From positions 240,001-272,000 of the forward strand of contig FP565575.1 of NCBI GenBank assembly GCA_000091165.1: a DNA stretch of 32,000 nucleotides, given 5' to 3'. Origin of the DNA: Candidatus Methylomirabilis oxygeniifera (lineage in GTDB: Bacteria > Methylomirabilota > Methylomirabilia > Methylomirabilales > Methylomirabilaceae). The notes under the pieces were generated by a model. The model worked only from the letters and a program-made list of their open reading frames with translations. It was not told the origin of the DNA and made no database searches. Below, in pieces: positions 10,290 to 20,572 of the stretch (the stretch's first letter is position 1; every line of letters starts with the position of its first letter). Position numbers and translations under genes: made by a program.

Positions 10290-12610
10290 GCAAGGAAGAG
10301 ATGGCGGACGCACGGGGCGGACAGCGTGCGGTGTGGAAGGATCGGTACGTGGCGTATTCGGAGACAGCGCTTCAATACGGCCTCGTTGCGCTGATCGTCC
10401 TGCTGCCGTCGGCCTCACTGCGATCCGTGAAGGGCGTTCTCCTGATCGGCCTGATCGTCATCTGGATTGTACGCATGCTGGTTGTACGGGATGTTGCTCT
10501 GCGGAGGACGCCGTTGGATGCGCCGCTCATGGCGTACATCGGCTGGATTGCCGTCACTCTCATCACGGCCACTCATGTAGTGTACAGCCTGGGAGAGTTG
10601 CTGAAGCTCATGGTGAGTGTGCTTGTATTCTACCTCGTCGTCAATCAGGTGCGAGACAGGCACGCGGCGCGAAGGCTCCTTTCCGCCGTCGCACTGACCA
10701 CGTTCGCGGTCAGCAGCTACGGCATCTTCAAGTTCTTCCTGATTCAGCAAGGGAGCCTTACCGACAGGGCCGTCAGGGCCAATTCGTTGACTCCTGATTA
10801 CCACTGGCTGAGCACCTATCTGATTTTGACCATCCCGGTCGTGCTGTGCCTTGCGATGATACAGGACGATCGGCGATCCAGACTGTTTCTCTGGATCACG
10901 TGCGCGCTTTCGTGCGGCGCGCTTTTTCTCACGTACACCAGGGGGGCGTGGGTGGCCCTTCTGGTCGAACTGGCCGTGTATGGGTGGGCCAGGCGAAAGC
11001 GGTCATACGTCATCCTGGCCGGGGGGACCATCCTCGCGGTGTTGGTCGGTCTGCTGTTGCTCGTATCAAAAAACGGCACCATGGCTTTCGGCCCGAGCGC
11101 CGACACGTTGAATCCTTACACGTTGATGACGCGGATAAAGACTGCCGGCCTGGCTGTCCAGGAGGTCTCGAAACATCCGCTGATGGGGATCGGTTATGGC
11201 GGGAAGACCATGGCCAAGGTCTATGCGGATGCCCCGGAAGTGAAAGAAGCCAACCACCCTCACAATCTGTACGTTGAAGTTGCGCTTGGGACCGGGATTC
11301 CGGGCCTGATTCTGCTGCTGTGGGTGTTGTTTGCCGCACTCAGGGCGATGTGGAGGGGGATGGCCGCGGCTGCCGATCCGTTCGGACGCGCGGTTCTACT
11401 CGGCGTGGGAACGGCAGTTGTGGGGGTCATTGTCAGCAACCTGTTCGATCACATCTTTGCGGGAGGCATGGCCCACCTCTTCTGGGCGCTGATGGCCTTA
11501 GCGGTCGGTGTCGATGCGGGTCAAGCAAGGCAGAAGGCAGGGATCGGGGAACCGGGGAGGATCCTTGTGATCAAGCTCCGGTATCTGGGCGATGTATTGC
11601 TGAGCACGCCCGTCCTGGCCGCTCTTCGGACGACATTTCCGAAGGCCGGCCTCTCAATGCTCGTCAATCCCGGCACCGAGGCGATGATCGCCACTAATCC
11701 TCATCTGGACGAGGTGCTGATCGCGGAGCGGGCAGGGTCGCCGCTGCGTCAATTGGAATTCGTCGCCGCGCTCCGTCGGCGCCGCTTTGATCTCGTGGTT
11801 GATCTGACCGATGGAGATCGAGCGGCGATCCTGAGTCGACTGACCGGGGCTGCCATCAGGGTCGGGTTCAGTCGAGAAGGTCGCTGGCGTGGGCGACTGT
11901 ACACGCATCTGGTTCCGGTGCAGGAGCAGCCGATGCCGATGGTCCGTCAGCACCTGATGGCCCTGGAGATACTGGGGATTCCGCCTATTGACTCATTGCC
12001 TGCGCTCAGGATTCGAGCGACCGATGAGGCGGCGGCCTGCGCTGCCCTCGGCGCTATCGAGATCTCGCCCGGTGAGCGCTTCGTGGCTGTGCATCCCGGC
12101 GCCCGATGGTGGTTCAAGAGCTGGCCTGCTGCGCGATTTGCGAGTCTTATCGACTATATCCAGGGGAAGCTCGGGATCAAGGTGGTGCTGCTCGGTTCAG
12201 TTGCAGATCAACAGACCGCAGAGGCGATCCTGGACGAGGTAGAAACCGGCTGCCGTTCGCTGGTGGGGCGACTGACGCTCCTTGAGCTGGCCGGGCTGCT
12301 TCGACAGGCGACCCTCCTTGTCGGCAACGATAACGGACCGATGCATATCGCGGCTGCGATGGGGACGCCCGTGGTCGGTCTGTTTGGTCCTGCCGATCCA
12401 AGGGTCTGGGGACCGGCCGGTGAGGGGCATGCCGTACTCTACAAAGGGGTGGATTGCCGGCCCTGCTTCCCAGGTGGGTGCCGGCGTGGAGAGCAGAACT
12501 GTATGCGATTGATCGCGCTTGACGAGGTGATTTCTGTTGTGGAGCGGATGCTCAGACAGCCCTGCCTGTGCGACAGCAGACAGGCGCCGGCGCGGACGGA
12601 GGTTCTATGA
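10286..12610 (+). CDS. Fusion: O-antigen ligase (WaaL/Wzy_C-like) membrane domain + ADP-heptose:LPS heptosyltransferase (GT9)
   Basis: N-terminal half polytopic with HPLMGIGYGG...ANHPHNLYVEVALGTGIPGLILLL. C-terminal half GRILVIKLRYLGDVLLSTPVLAALRTTFPKA... VAVHPGARWWFKSWPAARFA ... LVGNDNGPMHIAAAMGTPVVGLFGP. One uninterrupted ORF. Confidence 0.88.
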   Translation: MSKEEMADARGGQRAVWKDRYVAYSETALQYGLVALIVLLPSASLRSVKGVLLIGLIVIWIVRMLVVRDVALRRTPLDAPLMAYIGWIAVTLITATHVVYSLGELLKLMVSVLVFYLVVNQVRDRHAARRLLSAVALTTFAVSSYGIFKFFLIQQGSLTDRAVRANSLTPDYHWLSTYLILTIPVVLCLAMIQDDRRSRLFLWITCALSCGALFLTYTRGAWVALLVELAVYGWARRKRSYVILAGGTILAVLVGLLLLVSKNGTMAFGPSADTLNPYTLMTRIKTAGLAVQEVSKHPLMGIGYGGKTMAKVYADAPEVKEANHPHNLYVEVALGTGIPGLILLLWVLFAALRAMWRGMAAAADPFGRAVLLGVGTAVVGVIVSNLFDHIFAGGMAHLFWALMALAVGVDAGQARQKAGIGEPGRILVIKLRYLGDVLLSTPVLAALRTTFPKAGLSMLVNPGTEAMIATNPHLDEVLIAERAGSPLRQLEFVAALRRRRFDLVVDLTDGDRAAILSRLTGAAIRVGFSREGRWRGRLYTHLVPVQEQPMPMVRQHLMALEILGIPPIDSLPALRIRATDEAAACAALGAIEISPGERFVAVHPGARWWFKSWPAARFASLIDYIQGKLGIKVVLLGSVADQQTAEAILDEVETGCRSLVGRLTLLELAGLLRQATLLVGNDNGPMHIAAAMGTPVVGLFGPADPRVWGPAGEGHAVLYKGVDCRPCFPGGCRRGEQNCMRLIALDEVISVVERMLRQPCLCDSRQAPARTEVL

Positions 12611-13566
12611 TTGCCGATCGAGGGCGACAAGTGCTCCAGATCGAGGCTGAGGCGATTCTGGCCTTGATTCCGAAACTCGACGAGCGGTTCGATCGGGTCG
12701 TCGAGATCCTCCGGGATTGCCGGGGCCGGGTCGTGCTGACCGGTATGGGCAAATCCGGATCGGTGGCTCAGAAGATCGCCTCTACCATGGCCAGCACCGG
12801 AACCCCTGCGTTCTTTCTCCATCCCGCCGAGGGGGGGCATGGCGACCTGGGGATGCTGGTCCGTGGCGATGTGGTGATTGCGGTGTCGAACAGTGGTGAG
12901 ACGGATGAACTCGTCGGCCTGCTTCCCGCGATCAAACGGCTTGGCCTCATGCTGATCGCGCTGGTCGGTGATCCCGCTTCCACCCTGGCCAGACAGAGTG
13001 ACGTCGCCATCGATGTCGGCGTCGCGAAAGAGGCCTGTCCGCTGGCGTTGGCGCCTACCGCCAGCACCACCGCCGCCCTGGCTATGGGCGATGCCCTTGC
13101 GGTGGCCCTGCTCGAGCAACGCGGTTTCACCGAGGCCGACTTCGCCCTCCTGCATCCGGCCGGCAGCCTGGGGCGGCGATTGTTGTGGCGGGTGCAAGAC
13201 CTCATGCGTGTCGGCGAGCAACTTCCCATCATCAGACAGGATGCGCTCATGAGTGAGGCGCTTGCTGAGATTTCGCGAAAGCGGCTTGGGATGACCGCTG
13301 TGGTGGACGAGACCGGGATCGTTATCGGGATCATTACCGATGGCGACCTGCGTCGGGCGCTCTCACAAGGGGTCGATCTGTTGCAGCGGCAGGCCAGGGA
13401 CTGTATGACGCCACACCCCAAGACCATCGACAGGGATGCCCTTGCTGCCAAAGCGCTGGAGGTCATGGAGCGGCACGCGATTACCTCGCTGCTGATCGTG
13501 GATCCCAAGGGGAACCCGGAGGGGGTTATCCATCTGCACGACCTGCTGCGAGCTGGGGTGGTATGA
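12607..13566 (+). CDS. kdsD: Arabinose-5-phosphate isomerase (SIS + CBS domains)
   Basis: VVLTGMGKSGSVAQKIASTMASTGTPAFFLHPAEGGHGDLGM; two CBS domains; ATG start overlaps upstream TGA (ATGA). Confidence 0.95.
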   Translation: MIADRGRQVLQIEAEAILALIPKLDERFDRVVEILRDCRGRVVLTGMGKSGSVAQKIASTMASTGTPAFFLHPAEGGHGDLGMLVRGDVVIAVSNSGETDELVGLLPAIKRLGLMLIALVGDPASTLARQSDVAIDVGVAKEACPLALAPTASTTAALAMGDALAVALLEQRGFTEADFALLHPAGSLGRRLLWRVQDLMRVGEQLPIIRQDALMSEALAEISRKRLGMTAVVDETGIVIGIITDGDLRRALSQGVDLLQRQARDCMTPHPKTIDRDALAAKALEVMERHAITSLLIVDPKGNPEGVIHLHDLLRAGVV

Positions 13567-13575
13567 AAAAAGGGT

Positions 13576-13603
13576 GCGACGTGAGACGTGCGACGTGCGA
13601 AGG
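13576..13603. repeat. 7-nt-phased spacer repeat downstream of kdsD
   Basis: gcgacgt|gagacgt|gcgacgt|gcgaagg. Confidence 0.88.
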
Positions 13604-13627
13604 ATATTCTCCTTCAGCCCCTGACAT

Positions 13628-13648
13628 CCCCCCTTTTGCAAAGGGGGG
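13628..13648. repeat. CCCCCCTTT-tgc-AAAGGGGGG palindrome
   Basis: Perfect 9-bp stem; same family as 15334-15352 and 15377-15397. Confidence 0.9.
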
Positions 13649-13664
13649 TGCGGGGGGATTTGGG

Positions 13665-15275
13665 ATGGGGGGATTACTTGAAAAAGAGTGGTTGGTTTTG
13701 TGCGTTCTACTCATCTGGACACTTTTTGTCTACTACTCGCATCTGGGCATACCCCTCAGAGGTGACGAGGGGATGTATGCGGCCATTGCGCGAAGAATGG
13801 TTCGGACCGGGGACTGGTTGCACCTTGTGTACGAGGGGCGGCCTTACATGAATAAACCCCCCCTGCATTTCTGGCTTATGGCGCTGTCCCTTGTATTGTG
13901 GGGGCCGAGTGAGTTTGCCGTTCGATTTCCGTCGGCGACCTTTGGGATCGGTATGGTCTGTCTTGCGTACGTCAGCGGCCGGATGCTGTTCGATCGACGG
14001 CTTGGCGTGATCGCAGCGATCATCACGACCTCCACGCTTACCGCTGTCTGGCACGCCCATCAAGCGAGATTCGATGTGGAGCTTGCCTTTTGGATGAATC
14101 TTGGGTTCTTCTTCTTTTATCTGGCGTACCGCGGAGGTGAGCGACGTGTCGGCTATCTCTGTTGTGCCTTTCTGTCGATCGCCGTGGGAGTGATGCTGAA
14201 GGGTCCTGTAGGCGCCATCCTGCCGGGCGTGACGGCCCTTGCCTTTGTGGTAATGACGCGGCGATCCAAGGTATGTATCGAAATCCCGTACCTGCTGGGC
14301 GGTCTGGTCATATTTCTCCTCGTCACCGTACCCTACTATGTAAGCTTGGGTGAAACGTTCAACCGACACTTTTTTATCGAGGAGAATCTGACCCGCGTCT
14401 TCCATGCGCCCAACTCACCGTTTCTCTATCTCGTCATGATCTTTGCAGGGTTTCTCCCCTGGAGCCTCTTTCTCCCGTGTGTCGGTCTGTACCTCTGGAG
14501 GTCGCGTTCTCGTGCTCTTGGCGAAGCGGATCTGCTGCTCCGCATCTGGTGCACCGGCTTTTTTGTGCTCTTAAGTCTACCGGCGGGGAAGGCTGAGCGA
14601 TTTCTTGTCTATCTCATCCCGCCCTTGGCTCTCTTGATGGCCCGATACTGGGATTATCTGTTTCAGCATACCGATACCGTGACGTCAGCGGAACGTCGCG
14701 TGCTCAAGTTCGCGACCTTCTTTCTGGGTCTCGTCGGCGTGCTGGGCGTGTTTATTGGACCATGGATTCTGCGTCAGCGATTCCTTATGGCCGGCGATGT
14801 CTGGCCGGTACCCCTGGCGTTGCTTATGGGCATCGGGTGTATCGCTGTGCTGTACGCCGCCTACAGGTGCCGCCCGCCTGCTATCTTTTCGAGTGTGACG
14901 GCGGTCGCCGTCGTCATGACCGTCGGTCTTGTTCAGTACTTTTATCCCGCGCTTGCCAGATACGAATCTGCCAAGGCGATTGCCCAGCAGGTCCGCGCGG
15001 TTGTGGGCGACTCCCCTCTGGTGATTTATCATCCGGGCCGGTCGTTAGGTGAGGATATCCTGTATTATCTGGATCGACCGTCGCCGGTGCCGGAACTCCA
15101 GACCCCTGACGAGATCTACGCGGCCTTTGAGACCCGCCAGCAGGTCTTCGGTCTTCTGAGCAAGAGCAGCTTTGAGGAGCTTGAGCGCCAGGGTAAACTG
15201 CCGATTATGCGTCTCGCGGATCATTCATATCGCCAGCGGGACTTTGTCCTGGTGAAGAATCGGGCGCGGTTATAA
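13665..15275 (+). CDS. ArnT-like / PMT family (GT39/GT83) integral membrane glycosyltransferase
   Basis: LGIPLRGDEGMYAAIARRMVRTGDWLHLVYEGRPYMNKPPLHFWLMALSL; multiple TM helices. Start at ATG 13665 preferred over 13563, because the N-terminal extension runs through repeats. Confidence 0.85.
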   Translation: MGGLLEKEWLVLCVLLIWTLFVYYSHLGIPLRGDEGMYAAIARRMVRTGDWLHLVYEGRPYMNKPPLHFWLMALSLVLWGPSEFAVRFPSATFGIGMVCLAYVSGRMLFDRRLGVIAAIITTSTLTAVWHAHQARFDVELAFWMNLGFFFFYLAYRGGERRVGYLCCAFLSIAVGVMLKGPVGAILPGVTALAFVVMTRRSKVCIEIPYLLGGLVIFLLVTVPYYVSLGETFNRHFFIEENLTRVFHAPNSPFLYLVMIFAGFLPWSLFLPCVGLYLWRSRSRALGEADLLLRIWCTGFFVLLSLPAGKAERFLVYLIPPLALLMARYWDYLFQHTDTVTSAERRVLKFATFFLGLVGVLGVFIGPWILRQRFLMAGDVWPVPLALLMGIGCIAVLYAAYRCRPPAIFSSVTAVAVVMTVGLVQYFYPALARYESAKAIAQQVRAVVGDSPLVIYHPGRSLGEDILYYLDRPSPVPELQTPDEIYAAFETRQQVFGLLSKSSFEELERQGKLPIMRLADHSYRQRDFVLVKNRARL

Positions 15276-15333
15276 AGGGAAGAGCAGCCCATGCGGCGCC
15301 GGCCGCACCACGGCGCACGAAAACCCCCTCGAT

Positions 15334-15352
15334 CCCCCTTTATGAAAGGGGG
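15334..15352. repeat. CCCCCTTT-atg-AAAGGGGG palindrome
   Basis: Perfect 8-bp stem. Confidence 0.9.
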
Positions 15353-15376
15353 AGGCAAGGAAGCGTATCAGTAGTC

Positions 15377-15397
15377 CCCCCCTTTATGAAAGGGGGG
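15377..15397. repeat. CCCCCCTTT-atg-AAAGGGGGG palindrome
   Basis: Perfect 9-bp stem. Confidence 0.9.
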
Positions 15398-15451
15398 TCA
15401 GGGGGGTTTGTCCGAAGCTGACGGCTGACCGCTATTTTGTGAGGAATTCCC

Positions 15452-16048
15452 ATGTCCATCGACTCCAGACTACAGGAAATAGCGAAGGTGATACGTCTGC
15501 TCATAATGGACGTAGACGGCGTCCTGACTGATGGACGTATCTTCTACAATGCTGAAGGCGTGCAGAGCCAGGCCTTCTTTGTGAGAGACGGCTATGGTCT
15601 TCGCATGGCCCGGCAGGCGGGATTGCTGACGGCGATCGTGACGGGGCGTATATCGGCGGCGGTGACCCACCGCGCGAATGAATTGGGCATTACTGAAATC
15701 CACCAGGGGGCGACGAATAAGATCGAGGTGTATGAGATGCTCCTTCAGCGGTATGGCCTGACCGATGAGGCGGTGGCGTATGTCGGCGACGACCTGAACG
15801 ACCTGTCGGTGCTCGGTCGGGTCGGGCTTTCCGTGGCGCCGGCTGATGCCGATCCGGAGGTGACAACGCGGGTTGCGTATGTGACGACGCAGCTCGGAGG
15901 CCGCGGCGCGGTCCGGGAGGTGATCGATCTGATCCTGAAGGCCCAGGGCCGATGGGAGGAGTTCCTCGAAGAGCGAGGATCGGCGTCGGAGGAGGGCCGG
16001 CCGGCCGGCGGCTTTTTCTTGACAAGCGGACGAGGTATGTTACAGTGA
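15452..16048 (+). CDS. kdsC: 3-deoxy-D-manno-octulosonate 8-phosphate phosphatase (HAD family)
   Basis: [58 protein letters not shown]. Confidence 0.95.
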   Translation: MSIDSRLQEIAKVIRLLIMDVDGVLTDGRIFYNAEGVQSQAFFVRDGYGLRMARQAGLLTAIVTGRISAAVTHRANELGITEIHQGATNKIEVYEMLLQRYGLTDEAVAYVGDDLNDLSVLGRVGLSVAPADADPEVTTRVAYVTTQLGGRGAVREVIDLILKAQGRWEEFLEERGSASEEGRPAGGFFLTSGRGMLQ

Positions 16049-16133
16049 CCCGTCTGAGGCGGGGCGGCATCGTATGCCGGCTCGCCGTCGAAGTAACGGA
16101 GCGGATTGTATAGAAGGGGAGGAGGACCGATTC

Positions 16134-17291
<1,158 letters not shown>

Positions 17292-17298
17292 TTCCCCC

Positions 17299-17970
17299 AT
17301 GCATCGAATCGTTGCGTGCATCGTCGCACTCCTGACCATCGGCGCGGCAGGGGTCGTCAGGGGCCAGGAGCTGAAGACTGAGGAGCAGAAGACGTTTTAC
17401 GCCCTAGGGCTCGCGCTCAGCCAGAGTCTCGGCTTGTTCAATCTTAGCGAGGCCGAGCTGGAGTTGGTGAAGTCAGGTCTCGCCGACGGGGTCCTGAATC
17501 GGACGCGGAAGGTCGAGCTGCCCGCGTACATGAGCAAGGTCCAGGAGTTGCAGACGTCGCGTCAGGCCGCCGCCGCTGCCGTCGAGAAGAAGCAGGGCCA
17601 GTCGTTCCTCGACAAGGCCGCCGCCGAGAAGGGGGTAACCAAGACGGCCTCTGGCGTGATCGTCACCACGCTCAAGTCCGGCACCGGACCCTCCCCCGCG
17701 GCCGGCGACACGGTGAAGGTGCACTACACGGGCACCCTGATCGACGGCACCGTCTTCGACAGCTCCGTGCAGCGTGGACAACCGGCCACCTTCCCCCTCA
17801 ACGGCGTGATCAAATGCTGGACCGAAGGCGTCGTCACCATGAAGGTCGGCGGTAAGGCGAAGCTGGTCTGCCCTGCCGACGCGGCCTACGGCGTCCGGGG
17901 GGCGCCCCCGAAAATTAAGCCGGGCGCCACGCTGGTCTTCGACGTGGAACTGCTGGAGATCGTGAAGTAA
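17299..17970 (+). CDS. FKBP-type peptidyl-prolyl cis-trans isomerase with signal peptide and Fkp_N-like domain (Mip/FkpA-like)
   Basis: Signal-like N-terminus, VKVHYTGTLIDGTVFDSSVQRGQPATFPLNGVIKCWTEGVVTMKVGGKAKLVCPADAAYG. Confidence 0.93.
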   Translation: MHRIVACIVALLTIGAAGVVRGQELKTEEQKTFYALGLALSQSLGLFNLSEAELELVKSGLADGVLNRTRKVELPAYMSKVQELQTSRQAAAAAVEKKQGQSFLDKAAAEKGVTKTASGVIVTTLKSGTGPSPAAGDTVKVHYTGTLIDGTVFDSSVQRGQPATFPLNGVIKCWTEGVVTMKVGGKAKLVCPADAAYGVRGAPPKIKPGATLVFDVELLEIVK

Positions 17971-18652
17971 CGTACCTGAGAGCTGCGCCGCGTCAATCTA
18001 GTCGCTTCACCCCGCCTTCCGAGCCAGACATCCGCGCCCGCATGCGCCACCATACGTGCAAGCATCTCCTGTTCTGGCCATGTAGTTCGTACGGCTCGTC
18101 AACCTCTGTCTCGACAAGACGCGTACGCCCACTGCGCCACCCATTCCGGTCGGAAACCGCCCACCTCTTCCGATTAATCTCGGCCAGGCGTTCCGATGCT
18201 GGTGCAGGTTAGTAGTTGTAATCTGTACCGTGATGTCAAGAGGGCGTCGAACTGCCCGGTCGCCGGATTCCAGAGCATCGGGAGACCAGAAAACAGATCG
18301 TAGCAACCGAGGCAGCAGGGGAGTCCAAAGCACAGTTGATTGACTCGGATTTGGTTCGGGCGGCTCGCTGTCGGAGACCGGATAGGCTGACATAGGTGCA
18401 GCGTTTGCCGTCGCCTGCCTTCATACAAATGTCTTGTTAAGTGCCAGAAAAGATTATAGAGTTTTGGCCAGCTCCAAGAACGGCTGGTCGAGATAGACCG
18501 ATCAGCATACGCAATGGTTCGACTTGAAAAGTAGACCGATCGAGATCGATGCGGGACAGAGCAATGATGGCGAACGCGTGAGATCGACGAGAGACGGTGC
18601 CGAGCGCGGATCATCATGTGTCGGAAAGCCACCAGGCGCGAGAGGGGGCAGT

Positions 18653-18867
18653 ATGGCAAGTGAGGAGATGAGAAAAGATACGACTTTTCGAAGGGTGTTC
18701 GGGGCAAGTTTTACAGGCCGGGCCTAAAGATCAGCCTTCCCGTGTACCTTGATCAAGAAGCGATGGCCTTTGTACAGCGCATTGCCCGGAAGAAGAAGAC
18801 CGATATCTCGACGGTGGTCAACAAACTGATTCTCACGGACAAGTACCTTGCAGAGGTTATCGACTAA
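18653..18867 (+). pseudogene. Small CopG-like antitoxin-type protein with apparent 1-nt deletion near 18673-18676
   Basis: Frame open 18664-18867: GDEKRYDFSKGVRGKFYRPGLKISLPVYLDQEAMAFVQRIARKKKTDISTVVNKLILTDKYLAEVID*, resembling short 'YDFSKG.RGKFYRP' antitoxins. No in-frame start. ATGs at 18653 and 18668 reach it only if A4 (18673-18676) were A5, giving M(ASEEM)RKRYDFSKG. Not present in the supplied ORF track. Confidence 0.6.
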
Positions 18868-19300
18868 GGGTACATCTTGACGAACGACCTGCTCCACCAG
18901 ACGCCGGCTAGGTACCTCTGAGCGTGGCTCGCGATGGTCTGCGGTGCCGCCGGTGAGCAGTACGTTGAGCCCACCAGAGACGAAGGAGGCCAGCGCTCGA
19001 AGCCCACTGAGACCCTGGCGCGAGGCGCCGGAGTGTCGGTTAGTGGTACCCAAGAGAACCGCGTTCGCCGTCGAGTGAGTATAGATTATACTCCCGTAAC
19101 CTGCACCCGCTCGAAACCATTTCCGGTTTCGACTCCATGGAGGTACGTAATCTCGAATTACAGGTTGGGCCGGGATCTCATGGGTGGGCTACTTGTAAGA
19201 ACCGAGGAGATTAGAGCGGACAGTTCAACAGTTCAATCCGGATAGTCGAAACAAATAAGCGAGGGTATCAAGGTGTGCAGGATCGCGGGCGCTCCGTCCG

Positions 19301-19462
19301 GGCGATATGGCAGCTCAGGGTTTTCAGAAGAGCTGACAGGTCAACGTTTTGGACCTTGACCGAATCTGGGGCTGTCAGTTGGGCGGGGGCGAAATTGAAG
19401 ACCGCGATTACTCCGCCCTCAACCAGTGCGTCGAGGACGGCCTGGGCGTAGTCGCAGGTCAC
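19301..19462 (-). pseudogene. rex: C-terminal remnant of a Rex-family redox-sensing repressor
   Basis: Within ORF 19268..19678(-): VTCDYAQAVLDALVEGGVIAVFNFAPAQLTAPDSVKVQNVDLSALLKTLSCHIA resembles the Rex C-terminus (..AGIKGILNFAPVRL.VPEGV.VRNVDLAVELQ.LSY). No N-terminal wHTH or central Rossmann part found. Confidence 0.55.
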
Positions 19463-19548
19463 CTTCAAATTGTAGATGCTAGGAGTTAATCCGACAGCCA
19501 GGCAGAATCCTCGCGAAACCCTACAGGATCTCCATCTAACGGCGCACT

Positions 19549-19818
19549 TTAAGCCGCCACCTCTACCCTTGGTTTTACCAGTCGTGATCGGGGTGGGGCG
19601 ACCTTCTCGATCCTGACATGCACCACTGCCTGCCCAGACTCCCGGCGAGCTCTTGCCAACGCAAGGTTTCTCTCGCATAGTTCTTGGTCATCCTCTGGTA
19701 GGAGGACGACTAGGGCGTTTTCCGGGATCTGTCCGGCAACCTCGGGATGCTCAAGGAGGTAGAGATCGAACTCCGTTGACAGTTTCAGATTTTTTGTGAA
19801 CAGCTCTTGGTCTGTCAT
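19549..19818 (-). CDS. DUF5647-like small protein
   Basis: MTDQELFTKNLKLSTEFDLYLLEHPEVAGQIPENALVVLLPEDDQELCERNLALARARRESGQAVVHVRIEKVAPPRSR. ATGA overlap with upstream gene. Confidence 0.7.
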   Translation of the reverse strand: MTDQELFTKNLKLSTEFDLYLLEHPEVAGQIPENALVVLLPEDDQELCERNLALARARRESGQAVVHVRIEKVAPPRSRLVKPRVEVAA

Positions 19819-20129
19819 GCTCTCTTCCTTTTCAGGTACGCCTCTTTGTACCGTGCCCAGTTCTCGTCGATGTCCTGATCAGCAAACGTCAACGCCTCTC
19901 CCAGGTCTTTGGTGAGCAGGGGGATTTTCTCCACGGTATCATCGGGGCGGATCCTGTCCATATGCGGAAAGCCATGGGCTGTATCGTAGCGAATAACCGG
20001 GCACCAGTTCCCCTCAATGAAGGTCTCATACTGCACCGTAAATTGCTTCACGGCCCCCTGCTCAGTAACGTGCTCATGCCGCTTTCTATCATTCAAAGTC
20101 AGGAGGTAGGTGTGGCGGGTGAGCTTCAT
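19815..20129 (-). CDS. Small conserved protein, DUF7718-like, translationally coupled to DUF5647-like gene
   Basis: MKLTRHTYLLTLNDRKRHEHVTEQGAVKQFTVQYETFIEGNWCPVIRYDTAHGFPHMDRIRPDDTVEKIPL. ATG at 20129 preferred; stop overlaps next ATG. Confidence 0.6.
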   Translation of the reverse strand: MKLTRHTYLLTLNDRKRHEHVTEQGAVKQFTVQYETFIEGNWCPVIRYDTAHGFPHMDRIRPDDTVEKIPLLTKDLGEALTFADQDIDENWARYKEAYLKRKRA

Positions 20130-20226
20130 CGGGCAGCATCTTTCACAGCGTTCCCTCCTCTCGGAAGTTACTCTAACCTTATTCGATTCAGTGCAAAAGT
20201 CAAAGAACTTCGTCGTTATGCAGATC

Positions 20227-20361
20227 ACACCCCCGTAATCTTGAGTCTGCTGCATTGGTCACAGTGCCCTGTCTCCCCCCCACGCTTGGTTCGCTACCCT
20301 CAATCGCAGCGTTTTGGACCGGCATCCTGCTTACGAGGCAACCGGCGATCATCGACCGGAG
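20227..20361. repeat. Diverged direct repeat, copy 1
   Basis: acacccccgtaatcttgagtctgctgc...ttggaccggcatcctgcttacgaggcaaccggcgatcatcgaccgga; roughly 80% or more identical by eye to 21609-21741. Confidence 0.85.
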
Positions 20362-20537
20362 TTTGTAGTACATTTGGCCCGAAATAGCCACTGAGGCGCA
20401 TCTGCTGGTGGAATAGGTGCCAAAGTTCCATGTTGGGCTAGGATAGATGCGCCTTGAGAGGGCACGCGCCTGGTCCATCACAGCCCATGCTAGTCATGCC
20501 CCGGGGCCAGCCAAATGTGTCCGATGACTATATGTGG

Positions 20538-20566
20538 TTGACATCATATGACTGTAAGTACATAAT
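20538..20566 (+). promoter_or_regulatory. Candidate sigma70-type promoter upstream of higB-like toxin
   Basis: TTGACA (20538-20543), 17-nt spacer, CATAAT (20561-20566); flanked by ATATG (20530-20534)/CATAT (20545-20549) inverted repeat overlapping the -35. Confidence 0.5.
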
Positions 20567-20572
20567 ATCTGA

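Noticed and set aside
13563-13664. Upstream start of the ArnT-like protein (MKKGCDVRRATCEGYSPSAPDIPPFAKGG...)
   Set aside because: This segment is read through a heptamer array and a palindromic repeat; the downstream ATG at 13665 leads directly into the first TM segment.
18724-19245. ORFs 18724..19053(-) and 18934..19245(+)
   Set aside because: The minus-strand ORF is antisense to the antitoxin-like frame and the forward one has no recognisable motif; composition looks non-coding.
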